Of a stretch of 64,000 nt of DNA, positions 33,108 through 44,251 are shown one piece after another (the stretch's first letter is position 1; each line of letters begins with the position of its first letter). The DNA is taken from assembly GCA_963662655.2 (NCBI GenBank), contig CAXXTU010000002.1, positions 2,976,001-3,040,000 of the forward strand. The letters run 5' to 3'. Both the position numbers and the translations under genes were made by a program. Source of the stretch: Candidatus Cloacimonadales bacterium (lineage in GTDB: Bacteria > Cloacimonadota > Cloacimonadia > Cloacimonadales > JAIOQZ01). The notes beneath the pieces were generated by a model. The model had not been told where the DNA came from and ran no database searches. It worked only from the letters and a program-made list of their open reading frames with translations.

Positions 33108-33853
33108 TGGATCTGGCGAACAAGCGCATTCTGATCTCCGGAGCAACGGGGGGCCTGGGACGGGCTATTCTCGACCACGTCTACCAGATGGGAGCGTCAA
33201 TTACTCTCGTCGGCAGAAACCATGAGAAGATGAAAGACGCGACATCCGGCTACGACCCATCCCGGATCGAAATTTATCGATTGGAACTGGATGAATCAGC
33301 AGACATCGATCCCTTCGTACAGGAAATGAAATCAGGGAAGGTATTCTTTGATGGATTTGTCCATGCGGCGGGTATCGAATTGACGCAGCCAATGAGAAGA
33401 AACACCCGGGAGGATTTTCTCAAATTTTTCCGCATCAACTCGCTTTTCGCGTTCGACTTGATCGGACGCTTTCAAGCGAAGCGGCTGTGGCAAAAGGGTG
33501 GTTCGATTGTTATTATCTCCAGCATCATGGGGCTTCTTGGAGATCGCGGGAAAACCGTTTATTGCGCTTCAAAAGGCGGAATAGAGAGCTTTGTGAAAGC
33601 CGCAGCGCTCGAACTTGCTGAGGGTGGCGTCCGTATCAACTCAGTTTGTCCCGGATTGGTCAATACCCCCATGCTGGACAATATCTTCGTCGATCTTCCG
33701 GAAGACATGCGCCAGAACCTGATCGCCGGCTATCCACTTGGATTGGGGAAGCCAGAAGATATCGCTAATCTTTGCGGTTTCTTGCTGAGCGACAAGGCTC
33801 GGTGGATAACGGGAACGTCTGTCGTGATCGATGGCGGGTTCTCGTGTAAATAG
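33107..33853 (+). CDS. SDR oxidoreductase (FabG-like)
   Basis: SGATGGLG; YCASK; IDGG C-terminus. Confidence 0.9.
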   Translation: MDLANKRILISGATGGLGRAILDHVYQMGASITLVGRNHEKMKDATSGYDPSRIEIYRLELDESADIDPFVQEMKSGKVFFDGFVHAAGIELTQPMRRNTREDFLKFFRINSLFAFDLIGRFQAKRLWQKGGSIVIISSIMGLLGDRGKTVYCASKGGIESFVKAAALELAEGGVRINSVCPGLVNTPMLDNIFVDLPEDMRQNLIAGYPLGLGKPEDIANLCGFLLSDKARWITGTSVVIDGGFSCK

Positions 33854-33871
33854 CATCAAGGCATCAGCATT

Positions 33872-34351
33872 ATGAGACTATTCCATAAATTGAAAATTCG
33901 TTTGTACCAACTACTTGCGCTCTATATCCCCGGGGCAAGATCGACCCGTGTGTGGCTGCATCGTTCCAGGGGGGTAAAAATCGGAAAAGGCGTTTTCATT
34001 GGAACGGATGTCATCTTGGAAACAGAGCACCCTGAAAGCATCGAAATCGGGGAGGGTACTGCGATTTCGATGCGCGTAACCGTCATCGCTCATTTCTTTT
34101 ATCGCTCGGTGCGACCGGGCCGGGTAATCATCGGCAAGAAGGCATATATCGGTCCCGGCTCCATAGTAATGCCGGGGATAACGATTGGCGATGGCGCTGT
34201 CGTCGGCCCGGGGAGCGTTGTATCAAAGAGCGTCAAGCCTTATACCATCGTGCAGGGAAATCCGGCGAAACCGATAGCGAAATGCCGGAAATCCATGGTC
34301 GATGCCGATAATTTCTACGATTTTCTCGCCAACACGGAAAAAATCAATTGA
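33872..34351 (+). CDS. Hexapeptide-repeat acyltransferase
   Basis: IGKGVFIG and IGDGAVVG repeats; GNPAKPI. Confidence 0.85.
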   Translation: MRLFHKLKIRLYQLLALYIPGARSTRVWLHRSRGVKIGKGVFIGTDVILETEHPESIEIGEGTAISMRVTVIAHFFYRSVRPGRVIIGKKAYIGPGSIVMPGITIGDGAVVGPGSVVSKSVKPYTIVQGNPAKPIAKCRKSMVDADNFYDFLANTEKIN

Positions 34352-35943
34352 TGAGAAAAATATGCATTCGCCCGGATGTTATCAAGACAAACCAAGACAA
34401 GCTGCTGTCGATACTTTCACGTCTCTTTGTCTGTGAAGCAAAAACGACTTCGGATGGTGATTGCGACCTGTTGATTCTCTCTGGAGAAATATCCGGCAAA
34501 GACCTTGCGCAGGGCAACATTGTTCTACATCAGGGGAGCGAAGTCGGTGAGATAAGCGGAAGCCTTAGATTTAGAAAGGGAACTCCCCTTCAGGAGCATC
34601 TTCAGGGAGAAGATATTCTCGACTCCATTTCACCTTCCGGCTGGCTGAAAGACATCCCCGGAACCGTATGTGCAGAGGTTGACGGTCATCCTGTATGGGT
34701 GCGGACCACACTCGACGGGAAAATCGTCGATCATATCGTGTGGAACAACGGCGACCTCGACAACCTGTTCAACGCAGTTGTACACAGAAAAGAGATATCG
34801 TTCTTGCTCTTGTACCTCTGTTGTCGGCTTCATCTCTATCCCGATTGGGAAAGCACGCAGTCTGCAAGTATTATCATCGACGATCCTTATCTTGTAACGA
34901 CACGTTACGGAGCTTTCAATTATAAATCTGTGGCCAAGCAATGCAGGGAAAATCGTTTTCATTTTTCGATAGCCACTGTTCCTTTGGACCTTGGGCTCGC
35001 CAGTGCGAAAGACACTAAATTCCTCAGGCAACACGCGGACTGCTTTTCTGCCGTAATACATGGGAACGACCATATTCTTCGCGAACTCGATACCAGGGAT
35101 ACACAGCAGGCCAGCCGCGTTATAGGAACGGCCTTGCACCGGGTACGTAGTTTCTCGAGGAAGCGGAACTACCCAATCGGCGAAATCTTCGTTCCGCCTC
35201 ACCACAGCTTCTCCGCTGAAGTTGCAGAGCAAATCTTTTTGCACAAGGGATCGGGAATCTGTAGTGGGCACATATACCCTTGGTCAAAGAACAAAAACGA
35301 TTTGTTCGAATCCAATGATCCGCTTCATGGTTGGTGGCCGGTTATCCATGTGAGGAACTGCCCGGTCATAAAAAGATTCAACTGGGCGGGTGTTTCGAGC
35401 CATGCCCTTCTGTCAAGCCTGATTGGGCATCCCATTATTCTTTTCTGTCATCACAACAGTTTTCTCGAGAAGGATTTTTTCCCTGATTTCTTCGATAAAC
35501 TGAACAGGGCAATGCCTCTTAAATGGCGCTCTCTTCCCGATATTTTAAAATCGAGTTATCGATTTCTATCTCAGCCGGATGGAAAACATGTTCTTCAGGT
35601 CGACGGCCCCCGGGCCGATGTCACGGTGCCATCGGATTACTGTAATATTGTTATCCAGTTCCCGACGATTGATACATCTCAGGGGAATCTGCCGAACTTG
35701 GTTATTGGCGAAATGGTTTATTCCGCCGATCCTTCGAGCATTTATGGACTGACTTACAGCATTGATCGCCTTCCGGCGGGAAGTTCGACACTCGCTTTGA
35801 AATGGTCGAATATTGCCTGGATGGAAGCTGTCTCTCATCCTACCAGGTTTTCTGCACGGTTAAGAAGATTCGCCGTCTTGATTCGCGACTACCTGAAATT
35901 ACCTTCAAATCAATTTCTTCCGAAATTCTTGCGGCGGAGGTAA
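34351..35943 (+). CDS. Hypothetical protein with NodB/polysaccharide-deacetylase-like domain
   Basis: IIIDDP, IHGNDH, FVPPH, LFCHH motifs in the NodB-like order. Confidence 0.55.
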   Translation: MRKICIRPDVIKTNQDKLLSILSRLFVCEAKTTSDGDCDLLILSGEISGKDLAQGNIVLHQGSEVGEISGSLRFRKGTPLQEHLQGEDILDSISPSGWLKDIPGTVCAEVDGHPVWVRTTLDGKIVDHIVWNNGDLDNLFNAVVHRKEISFLLLYLCCRLHLYPDWESTQSASIIIDDPYLVTTRYGAFNYKSVAKQCRENRFHFSIATVPLDLGLASAKDTKFLRQHADCFSAVIHGNDHILRELDTRDTQQASRVIGTALHRVRSFSRKRNYPIGEIFVPPHHSFSAEVAEQIFLHKGSGICSGHIYPWSKNKNDLFESNDPLHGWWPVIHVRNCPVIKRFNWAGVSSHALLSSLIGHPIILFCHHNSFLEKDFFPDFFDKLNRAMPLKWRSLPDILKSSYRFLSQPDGKHVLQVDGPRADVTVPSDYCNIVIQFPTIDTSQGNLPNLVIGEMVYSADPSSIYGLTYSIDRLPAGSSTLALKWSNIAWMEAVSHPTRFSARLRRFAVLIRDYLKLPSNQFLPKFLRRR

Positions 35944-36390
35944 TGCGATTTCCGCTTTTCGCCGGCACATGTGTAGGATTGACCAAGCAGATAAAATGGG
36001 TAACATAGCCTCCGATATCATGTCATGAAAGGCCAGCCAACACTTCATGCGTAGATTAAGTATTTTGAATGCGAAGCATGGGGCGATTTTGACGAGAGGT
36101 TTTTTGCTTCATACGTATTAAGTATTCGCAATGCGTGATAGCGCAGAGGAATTTTATAAGATTGCAAAGCGATGAAGGATGGTGGATTTGGCAATCCACG
36201 GGAGAGTAAAAGAACATTGCTAAGAAAAAAAAATTGACAAGGATAATCAGTGTGATAAATTCATGCTGAGTAAGTTCGGAAAGATACGTACCGTCCAGAG
36301 TGTCGGTAAAATAAGGACTTACGGCATCAGGTACTTCTAGCCTGAGTAATATTGAGAATGAAAATAAAAAAGATAGATACTGGAGGAAGT

Positions 36391-39300
36391 ATGAAAAAGT
36401 TATCTTTACTTGTTGCTTTTACCTTACTTTCGATTGGGTGGGTTTTTGCACAATCGCTAGCACTTAACTACATCACAATGCACGGCTCTGAAGGCGTGAC
36501 GGACGACGTGTTCTCTGCCGGAGAGACTGTTACGGTTCGAGCCAGATACGATGCCAACACAATGCAGCAAATTTACGGCGTTTATCGCTCTGCCGGCACA
36601 ACCGACATTGGAGAAATCTATGTGATGTGGTACGCAGGAGATCCACCATCTGGTGACTATGCCGGCGTAAGCACCGCTTCTATTTCGGGTTTCACTTATA
36701 ATGGTACAAGTTATGATGGATATTGTGATTTCACCTTCACCCTGCCAACTCCCACATCTGGCGCATCAACATTCCAGTTGGGATTCGGCATTTACGGTGA
36801 AAGCGCCGGGATTCGCGCACAGATTTCTTCCGATCGTCGCACCAGCTACGTAGCAACTACCACCGGGACACTAGCTTGCCCTGGCGACGATAGTGACGGC
36901 ACCGGTATCATCTCCCCCGAATGGGAAACATACGGTACCCTCGACGACGAAACCGAAAACCCGACACTTACAGAGCCGGACAATGGCGACAGAGACAACC
37001 AGTCGGTCTATATTGCCTTCAATCTTCCGGAAAGCGCAACAAACAACACTGTCAAGCTGTACATCGACAACGACACCAACCACACGAACGGTTATTTCAA
37101 TGAGTTGACACTGCTCAACACTTATACACCGTCCGGTAATCATGATTTCTATATCAACGGCGCCGATCTGGACGACGATCCTGCATACGGCGATGCCACC
37201 GATGATGTTCAACCCGGTGGTGTTTCGACTCCCGGTAATAATTCCCTGGTAAACGGGACGACTTACTATATGGCTATCGGCTATCGCGACGATACCGGCA
37301 ATACCGAAGCCAAGAGCGCTTGGGCGGAGTTTACATACGATACAACAATCGTCAATGTCTCCAGCGTGATCGCGACAGATCTCGATCTGGACGAAGTGCA
37401 ATTGTCGTACTATCTGCCGGAATGCTCGCAGGATTGGAAAGTGACGTTCTGCTTTGATACCGATACAAACTACGGCAACGGCTATACATCCGAAATCGTG
37501 TTGGGTGACGAGACACACGTTGGCGATGCCGGTACCCGCACCGTCTATTTTAACGGTAACGAGCTTTCGACTACCGATTATTATCTCAGTCACTCAGGCG
37601 CGGAAGCAGGATCGCTTACCAGCGGTACCCAGTACTACGTTGGTGTTCAATACACCGACTGTGCGGGAAATACCTCCTCCATTACATACTCGGGTGTGTT
37701 CACATACCTTTACGATACCCAAACAGACCAAGCCATCAATATCGATGCCGATATCGAAGCGAACGCTTCTGAAGGTCCGGTTCTCGATGTCGATTACGAG
37801 CTTGAAGAAGATGGCCTTGCCAACAGCGTCTATATACTTATTGATAACGATATCAACCACGGAACCAACGGTGAGGAAACCACCACCGACGTGCTTTATA
37901 TCATCCAGGTCAGCGGTAATTACACGACAGGCACACACAACTTCAATCTGTCGGTACCATTCGTGACGAATGATGCCGGTGGCGACGGAGACCAGGTGGT
38001 TGCGATTTCAACGCTGGCGTCTTCACCATATGACCTTACCGATGGAGCTACTTATTACATGTCGGTTCGTTACACCGACGAAACCGAGAACCCTGCCGTA
38101 ACTACAGAGCCCTGGGTGTCCTTCACTTGGGACGGCGTGACCGAAACACCATCCTGGGATGGGTCTCAGCCAACCTCCGACAACAGAGCATTCTCATTCG
38201 TCTATGAGCTCCCCGAAGACGGTGAAGCAAATTCGGTTCGTGTCCAGATCGATAACAACTCCGATCACGGAACACTCTGGGCAACCCTGAATATTACGGG
38301 ACATTACGGATACAATAGCAACAGCTTCATCGTGGATGCTGATCAGCTCAATGACGGATCAATGTATTCCGACGGAACGGACGATGTCTCCAATACGCCG
38401 TCGCAGTCTGCCTTGCCACAAAGTTCGAATTATTACTACCGCATCGGTTACCAGGATCAATGGGGCAATGCTTACGCATACTCAGACTGGACGCAGATAC
38501 GCTACGACAGTATAACGCAATCTCCGACACTTGACCTGCCGGCTGCAAGCACAACCTTCACCAATGGCTTCACATTGCAATACGATTTACCGGAAAATGC
38601 TTATGAGGGCTCATTGTATGTGATGTTTACCAGAACCGAAGGAACCAATGACGCAGGCTCACCGCATAAGCTCGAGCTTGTCAGCGAGACGGCCGGAACC
38701 AATATCCAGCTTACAAATCTGGACCCAACTGATCTCACAGCACACGCAGGTATTGTAGCCCCAGCGCTCACTGGCTCTGGAATATTGGTCGATGGTACGA
38801 CCTACACAATTACGATCGGCTATCAGGACTTGCTTCTCAATACGGCCGCAACGGATTCGCACACTGGATGCGAATATTCAAGTGGCGCTGCTGTGCTCGA
38901 GGTGACGGGACACCCAATTGCCGATATTCCTCTCGAAGGGCCCAGCAACAACAATCAGCTGATCTACGCATTTGATTTGAATACAACCTCGGGTTCAGCG
39001 GACTTCACGGGAGTAACGTTCTCGCGTTCCGGATCTGCAGATGTCGCTGACTTCACAGCCAATAGCTTCAAAATCTGGCTCGATGATGGCGATGATGTCT
39101 TTGAACCTGCTCAAGATGACGATATGAGTACTGGAGCTGATTACTCTGATTGGCCAGGCGTAGCTTTTGGATCGCTCGCGTTTACAGGAACAACACCAGT
39201 TTCAATTGACGCAACTGGAGAGACCTTCTTCATCACTTGCGATCAAAGCGCTACATCGAACAAGCTGAGAACAATTCGTCTTGCAATTAGTTCTGCCGGT

Positions 39301-40464
39301 TCAATTTCTACACTCGCCGACGATACGACGGGTAGTTTCCCGATCTATGGATATACACATAATCTTGATGGATATGTAATCGTTGAAGTTGATGAATCTT
39401 TCTTCGGATATTACACGGATACGATCCAGAATGCTCCATTGTTCAAATTCTCGCTACAGACAAATCAGGCTTCAACCACTGTAAGCCAGATTATCATAAA
39501 CCTGTCAGGAACTGGTGCAGAGGCAACAAGCTTCGCCGGCTCAACCCCGATGAAAATCTGGAGTTCTGCGGATGAAACCTTCAGTGCGTCTACGGACACA
39601 CAAGTTCATGCTGCGGTCGGCTACAATGATGCGTTAACGTTCAACTGGAGTTCTGGTGCATATCTTGATGTCGATGAAGCTGAAACCTGGTATTTCATCA
39701 CTGGCGATCTTGCAGCAGCTGCTCAAGGCTTGTTGCTTGTCGGTACGATGAACGACGAGGGTATTACATCGGCCTATGGCATCGAGACGGACGGAAGCGG
39801 TAACGAAGACTGGGAGAACAACTCCGCAACATCAACCTTGCCTGTTGAACTCTCCGCTTTCAATATCACGAATTCAGGACGCTTGGTCAAAATCGCTTGG
39901 ACGACAGAATCTGAATCCGATAACATGGGATTCAACATCTACCGTGGCCTCACTTCTGAGTCCATGGCGGAAGAGAGCGTCATTCAGCTGAACGATCAAA
40001 TTATCCTGGGTGCAGGTACAAGTTCGGAACCTACCGACTACACATTCCAGGACGACTTCCGTATCGAATACGGTGTAACCTACTACTACTGGCTCGAGAC
40101 GATTGACATGGGTAACATCTCTTCGTTGTTCGGACCAATCACATTTATCCCGGCGGACGATAGCGGTTCGGACGCTCCGATCGAACAGGCTTACGGATTA
40201 CAATCCAACTATCCTAACCCGTTCAATCCGAACACGAAAATCGAATTCTGCCTGGAGAAGGTTGAGTATACAACACTCGATGTCTACAACGTTCGCGGAC
40301 AGCATGTGAAGAACCTTTTCAAGGGCATGCCGAAAGCAAACGGCGAATCCGTTAATTGGGATGGCAGGGACGAGTCCGGTAAAGAAACCGGTTCGGGTGT
40401 CTACTTCTACCGCCTCCAATACGGTGGCAAATCCGAAATGAAGAAAATGATTCTTCTGCGCTAA
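36391..40464 (+). CDS. Very large acidic secreted/surface protein with tandem Ig-like repeats and FlgD-Ig tail
   Basis: GGAGG RBS; signal peptide; five internal repeats; TLPVELSAF domain; NYPNPFNP...KMILLR. Confidence 0.85.
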   Translation: MKKLSLLVAFTLLSIGWVFAQSLALNYITMHGSEGVTDDVFSAGETVTVRARYDANTMQQIYGVYRSAGTTDIGEIYVMWYAGDPPSGDYAGVSTASISGFTYNGTSYDGYCDFTFTLPTPTSGASTFQLGFGIYGESAGIRAQISSDRRTSYVATTTGTLACPGDDSDGTGIISPEWETYGTLDDETENPTLTEPDNGDRDNQSVYIAFNLPESATNNTVKLYIDNDTNHTNGYFNELTLLNTYTPSGNHDFYINGADLDDDPAYGDATDDVQPGGVSTPGNNSLVNGTTYYMAIGYRDDTGNTEAKSAWAEFTYDTTIVNVSSVIATDLDLDEVQLSYYLPECSQDWKVTFCFDTDTNYGNGYTSEIVLGDETHVGDAGTRTVYFNGNELSTTDYYLSHSGAEAGSLTSGTQYYVGVQYTDCAGNTSSITYSGVFTYLYDTQTDQAINIDADIEANASEGPVLDVDYELEEDGLANSVYILIDNDINHGTNGEETTTDVLYIIQVSGNYTTGTHNFNLSVPFVTNDAGGDGDQVVAISTLASSPYDLTDGATYYMSVRYTDETENPAVTTEPWVSFTWDGVTETPSWDGSQPTSDNRAFSFVYELPEDGEANSVRVQIDNNSDHGTLWATLNITGHYGYNSNSFIVDADQLNDGSMYSDGTDDVSNTPSQSALPQSSNYYYRIGYQDQWGNAYAYSDWTQIRYDSITQSPTLDLPAASTTFTNGFTLQYDLPENAYEGSLYVMFTRTEGTNDAGSPHKLELVSETAGTNIQLTNLDPTDLTAHAGIVAPALTGSGILVDGTTYTITIGYQDLLLNTAATDSHTGCEYSSGAAVLEVTGHPIADIPLEGPSNNNQLIYAFDLNTTSGSADFTGVTFSRSGSADVADFTANSFKIWLDDGDDVFEPAQDDDMSTGADYSDWPGVAFGSLAFTGTTPVSIDATGETFFITCDQSATSNKLRTIRLAISSAGSISTLADDTTGSFPIYGYTHNLDGYVIVEVDESFFGYYTDTIQNAPLFKFSLQTNQASTTVSQIIINLSGTGAEATSFAGSTPMKIWSSADETFSASTDTQVHAAVGYNDALTFNWSSGAYLDVDEAETWYFITGDLAAAAQGLLLVGTMNDEGITSAYGIETDGSGNEDWENNSATSTLPVELSAFNITNSGRLVKIAWTTESESDNMGFNIYRGLTSESMAEESVIQLNDQIILGAGTSSEPTDYTFQDDFRIEYGVTYYYWLETIDMGNISSLFGPITFIPADDSGSDAPIEQAYGLQSNYPNPFNPNTKIEFCLEKVEYTTLDVYNVRGQHVKNLFKGMPKANGESVNWDGRDESGKETGSGVYFYRLQYGGKSEMKKMILLR

Positions 40465-40484
40465 CGAAGAATCGAAATAGATTG

Positions 40485-40517
40485 CAAAGACCGGTGTATT
40501 GCCGGTCTTTGTCTTTA
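40485..40517 (+). terminator. Intrinsic terminator
   Basis: CAAAGACCGG/CCGGTCTTTG stem. Confidence 0.75.
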
Positions 40518-40635
40518 TGCGCTAGATAAATCGCTGCCGGATAGAAAATTGGTTGACATGGTATTGACGGCCAAGATTATTGGCCCCTGAATATTCTAAG
40601 ATTTAAAAAAGTGCTGAGAAATAGAAGGAGTAACA

Positions 40636-40848
40636 ATGAAACAGGACATTCATCCAAAATATGAAACCGTTACCGTGAAATGTGTATGCGGAAACGTCTT
40701 TGAAACAAAATCAACCCGTAAAGACCTTACCGTTGATATTTGTTCGGAATGTCATCCGTTCTATACTGGAAAGCAGAAACTCATGGATACTGCTGGTCGT
40801 GTCGAGAAATTCCAGAAGAAATACGGTAATCTTAAAAGCGATAAATAG
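40636..40848 (+). CDS. rpmE: 50S ribosomal protein L31 (zinc-binding type)
   Basis: MKQDIHPKY...CVCG...[13 protein letters not shown]...GRVEKF. Confidence 0.98.
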   Translation: MKQDIHPKYETVTVKCVCGNVFETKSTRKDLTVDICSECHPFYTGKQKLMDTAGRVEKFQKKYGNLKSDK

Positions 40849-40864
40849 CTGCTTGATTTTATTA

Positions 40865-40903
40865 GCGCCACTGCCAGATCTGGAAGTGGCGTTTTTTGTT
40901 TTT
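40865..40903 (+). terminator. Intrinsic terminator after rpmE
   Basis: GCGCCACT...AGTGGCGT followed by a T-tract. Confidence 0.75.
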
Positions 40904-40949
40904 CGATGGAACGATTATAGCTTATACAAGATAGTAAACAGGATTGGAC

Positions 40950-41921
40950 ATGAAGAATAAAAAGGAAATCGCAGTAGGCGGACAGGCCGTTATCGAGGGC
41001 GTAATGATGCGCGGTCCGGATTATATCGCTACCGCTGTTCGCAGAGAGGACAAGACGATCGAGCTCTCGCGCGAGAAATTCGCTTCGAGAACAAAATCGC
41101 ATCCCTTTTTCAAACGACCGGTCATCCGGGGATTCGTGTCTCTCATCGAGATGATGATCATCGGGTATAAGTCGCTGGCTTTTTCAGCAAATCGCTGGGA
41201 GCTGGACAACGAAGAAGAGGGCGTAAAGGTCAAGTCGGAAGGCCGCAAGAAGTTAGAAGAGTTCTTCAGCTTTGCCTTCGCGATTGCTCTGGCTTTGTTG
41301 CTGTTCGGCTTTATACCTTACTTCATAAGCTTCCTGCTGAAGCTGGGAAAGGAAAACCTTTATTTCAATCTTGTCGCGGGTATTATCCGGGTGATATTTT
41401 TCGTTGCCTATGTATGGATCATCAGCTTCCTGAAGGATGTTGGACGCTTGTTTGAATACCATGGAGCGGAACACAAATCGGTGTTTGCCTACGAGAACAA
41501 CGACAGCCTGGAGCCCAAGGACATCCAGAAATACACCACGCTGCACCCAAGATGCGGTACCAGCTTTATCTTCTTTGTGCTGCTGATCTCGATTCTCGTG
41601 TTTACACTCGTCGATTTCGCGGTGGCGAGCTTTCTCGGCTACCTGCCGGCCTTTGCGATTCGCTGGCTTTATCACCTTCTTCTAATACCTTTCATCTCCG
41701 GAATTTCGTATGAGATTCTCAAGATGTCGGGTAAGAAACAGGATAATTTCTTCGTGAAGATCATGATTGCCCCCGGACTCGCCTTGCAGCGCATCACCAC
41801 CAGGCAACCGGACGACGAGCAAGTGGAAGTTGCCGTTTGCGCCATGAAGGCCGCACTCGAAATGGATTTACCTGAAAATACAAAGATTACATGGATTAAC
41901 GATGATAGGAAACATACCTGA
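40950..41921 (+). CDS. DUF1385 family membrane protein
   Basis: [28 protein letters not shown]. Confidence 0.92.
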   Translation: MKNKKEIAVGGQAVIEGVMMRGPDYIATAVRREDKTIELSREKFASRTKSHPFFKRPVIRGFVSLIEMMIIGYKSLAFSANRWELDNEEEGVKVKSEGRKKLEEFFSFAFAIALALLLFGFIPYFISFLLKLGKENLYFNLVAGIIRVIFFVAYVWIISFLKDVGRLFEYHGAEHKSVFAYENNDSLEPKDIQKYTTLHPRCGTSFIFFVLLISILVFTLVDFAVASFLGYLPAFAIRWLYHLLLIPFISGISYEILKMSGKKQDNFFVKIMIAPGLALQRITTRQPDDEQVEVAVCAMKAALEMDLPENTKITWINDDRKHT

Positions 41922-42978
41922 AGATAAGATAAACGAACTCATTCAAGAGCACGAGACGCTGAGAAATCGCATCATCGATCCGGCGGAAATGGCAGATCAG
42001 CGAAGCTACAGCAAGCTTGGCAGGAGAATGAAAGAACTGGATAAACTGGTGAACTGCTGGTACGATCTGAAGAAGACACACCAGTCGATTCAGGATAACC
42101 TCGAGATGATCCAGCAGGCGGATGAACCCGAGCTCAAGGAAATGGCCGAAGAAGAAAACGTGGAGCTTAAGGAAGAGCTCGAACGCAAGTTCGAGGAGCT
42201 CAAAGAACTGATGATGCCAAAGGATCCGAACGACGACAAAGACGCCATCGTGGAAATCCGGGCCGGAACTGGCGGTGACGAAGCCGCCCTCTTCGCGGCG
42301 GATTTGTTCCGCATGTACCAGTACTTCGCCGAGCGTAAAGGCTGGAAGATGCAAACGCTGAGCGCCAATGCGACCGAGATCGGGGGATTCAAAGAGGTCT
42401 CGTTCTCGCTTTCCGGCGAGTACGTGTATGGAACCATGCGTTTTGAAAGCGGCGTGCACCGCGTTCAACGAATTCCGCAGACTGAATCCAGCGGAAGGAT
42501 CCACACATCGGCGGTATCGGTTGCGGTGTTGCCAGAGGCGGACGATGTCGATATCGATATTGAGGACAAGGATCTCCGCATCGACGTATATCGCTCTTCG
42601 GGTCACGGTGGACAGAGTGTGAATACAACAGACTCCGCAGTACGTATTACGCACATCCCCAGCGGACTCGTGGTGACGTGCCAGGATGAGAAGTCACAGC
42701 TCAAGAACAAGACGAAAGCGCTCAAGGTGCTTCGCGCAAGGCTTCTCGACCTGGAGATTTCACGCCAGGAAGCACAGATTGCCAGCCAGAGAAAGGCACA
42801 GGTGGGAACCGGCGATCGCAGCGGAAAGATACGCACGTACAATTTCCCGCAGTCCCGCGTTACCGACCATAGAATAAATTTGACATCCTATCGGATGAAC
42901 GCCATTCTTGTTGGCGAAATCGATGAATTTACAGAGGCACTAAGATTAGCATACAACAACGAGAAGATTAATAACTAA
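41902..42978 (+). CDS. prfA: Peptide chain release factor 1
   Basis: [23 protein letters not shown] (PxT); GGQ; RTYNFPQ. Confidence 0.98.
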   Translation: MIGNIPEDKINELIQEHETLRNRIIDPAEMADQRSYSKLGRRMKELDKLVNCWYDLKKTHQSIQDNLEMIQQADEPELKEMAEEENVELKEELERKFEELKELMMPKDPNDDKDAIVEIRAGTGGDEAALFAADLFRMYQYFAERKGWKMQTLSANATEIGGFKEVSFSLSGEYVYGTMRFESGVHRVQRIPQTESSGRIHTSAVSVAVLPEADDVDIDIEDKDLRIDVYRSSGHGGQSVNTTDSAVRITHIPSGLVVTCQDEKSQLKNKTKALKVLRARLLDLEISRQEAQIASQRKAQVGTGDRSGKIRTYNFPQSRVTDHRINLTSYRMNAILVGEIDEFTEALRLAYNNEKINN

Positions 42979-42979
42979 A

Positions 42980-44251
42980 ATGTGGCTGTTATACCTGTTT
43001 CTCTTTTTATTTTTTTTCGTTTCTGCCGCTTTTTTTGCCGGGCTCGAGACCGGTCTGGTTTCTCTGGACCGTTTGAAACTGGAGACGGAATCCAAAACGG
43101 ATAACAGGAAGAAATATCTGGATAAGATGACGCGCAATCCGGACCTGATATTCGGGTTGACGCTCATCGGAACCAACATATCCCAAGTCATCGTATCCAC
43201 CATTTTTACAGCATTCTTTATCAAGCGATGGTTCCACGTGGAACAGGAGGTCGGCTCGCTTATATTGGCCGGCCTTGTACTGATCTTTGCAGAGATCATC
43301 CCGAAAGCGCTTTATCGTGACTACTCGGAGAAGCTCGTCATCCGCTCGTATCCATTCATCAGGATATCGAGCTTCATTCTCAAGCCATCGATTCAGGTTG
43401 TTACATGGTTCAACAACATGATCGCCCGTCTACTCAAAGTCGAGAGCGGGATGCATTTCCTGAGTCGTGAAGACCTCTCCTACATATTCTCGGAGTCCAC
43501 TTCGACCAATTCAATTCAGCAGGATCAGAAAGAGATGCTCGAAGACGCGCTCGAGTTCCGCGAATTGAAGGCAAAGAACGTGATGATTCCACGCACCGAC
43601 ATCATCGCGATCGATGCGGAATCGACGCTTGATCACGTGATCGATCTGGCCAGGAAGGAAGGCTATACGCGCTATCCCGTGTATAAGGAAAGCCTCGACC
43701 ACATCGTGGGAATTCTGATAATCTACGATCTGATCGGGCGGGACCGTTCCAGAACGCAGAAGGCGAAGGACTTCATCCGGGAGGCGTTCTTCATTCCCGA
43801 AACGATGGATGTCGATATTCTGCTCAAGGAGATGCAGACGCTCAGGAAGACGATGGCAATCGTAGTTGACTCCTACGGTGGAACGGCAGGACTGCTCACG
43901 GTTGAGGACATTCTGGAAGAGATCGTGGGTGAGATCGAAGACGAGTACGACAACGACGTAGAGAAGGATGTCGAGAAGATCAGCGACCACGAGTTTATCG
44001 TCAAGGGCTTTGTCGAAGTGGACGACCTGATTGATGTCTATGGAATCGATATCCCCGACGATGGAGACTACGAGACCATTGCGGGTCTCATTATCAATAA
44101 GATTGCCCGGATTCCGGTGAGGAATCAGAAGATAAAAATCGGAGTATGGACGGCGGAAATCTTGCAGGTGTCGAGCCGCAAGATTATCAAGATCAAGCTA
44201 TCCAGAAATGTATTGAAGGATCAACGGGTAAAGACAGATGCCAAAGATTAA
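42980..44251 (+). CDS. CNNM/CBS/CorC (hemolysin-family) membrane protein
   Basis: FAGLETG; FAEIIPK; VMIPRTDI; VVDSYGGTAGLLTVEDILEEIVGEIEDEYD. Confidence 0.92.
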   Translation: MWLLYLFLFLFFFVSAAFFAGLETGLVSLDRLKLETESKTDNRKKYLDKMTRNPDLIFGLTLIGTNISQVIVSTIFTAFFIKRWFHVEQEVGSLILAGLVLIFAEIIPKALYRDYSEKLVIRSYPFIRISSFILKPSIQVVTWFNNMIARLLKVESGMHFLSREDLSYIFSESTSTNSIQQDQKEMLEDALEFRELKAKNVMIPRTDIIAIDAESTLDHVIDLARKEGYTRYPVYKESLDHIVGILIIYDLIGRDRSRTQKAKDFIREAFFIPETMDVDILLKEMQTLRKTMAIVVDSYGGTAGLLTVEDILEEIVGEIEDEYDNDVEKDVEKISDHEFIVKGFVEVDDLIDVYGIDIPDDGDYETIAGLIINKIARIPVRNQKIKIGVWTAEILQVSSRKIIKIKLSRNVLKDQRVKTDAKD

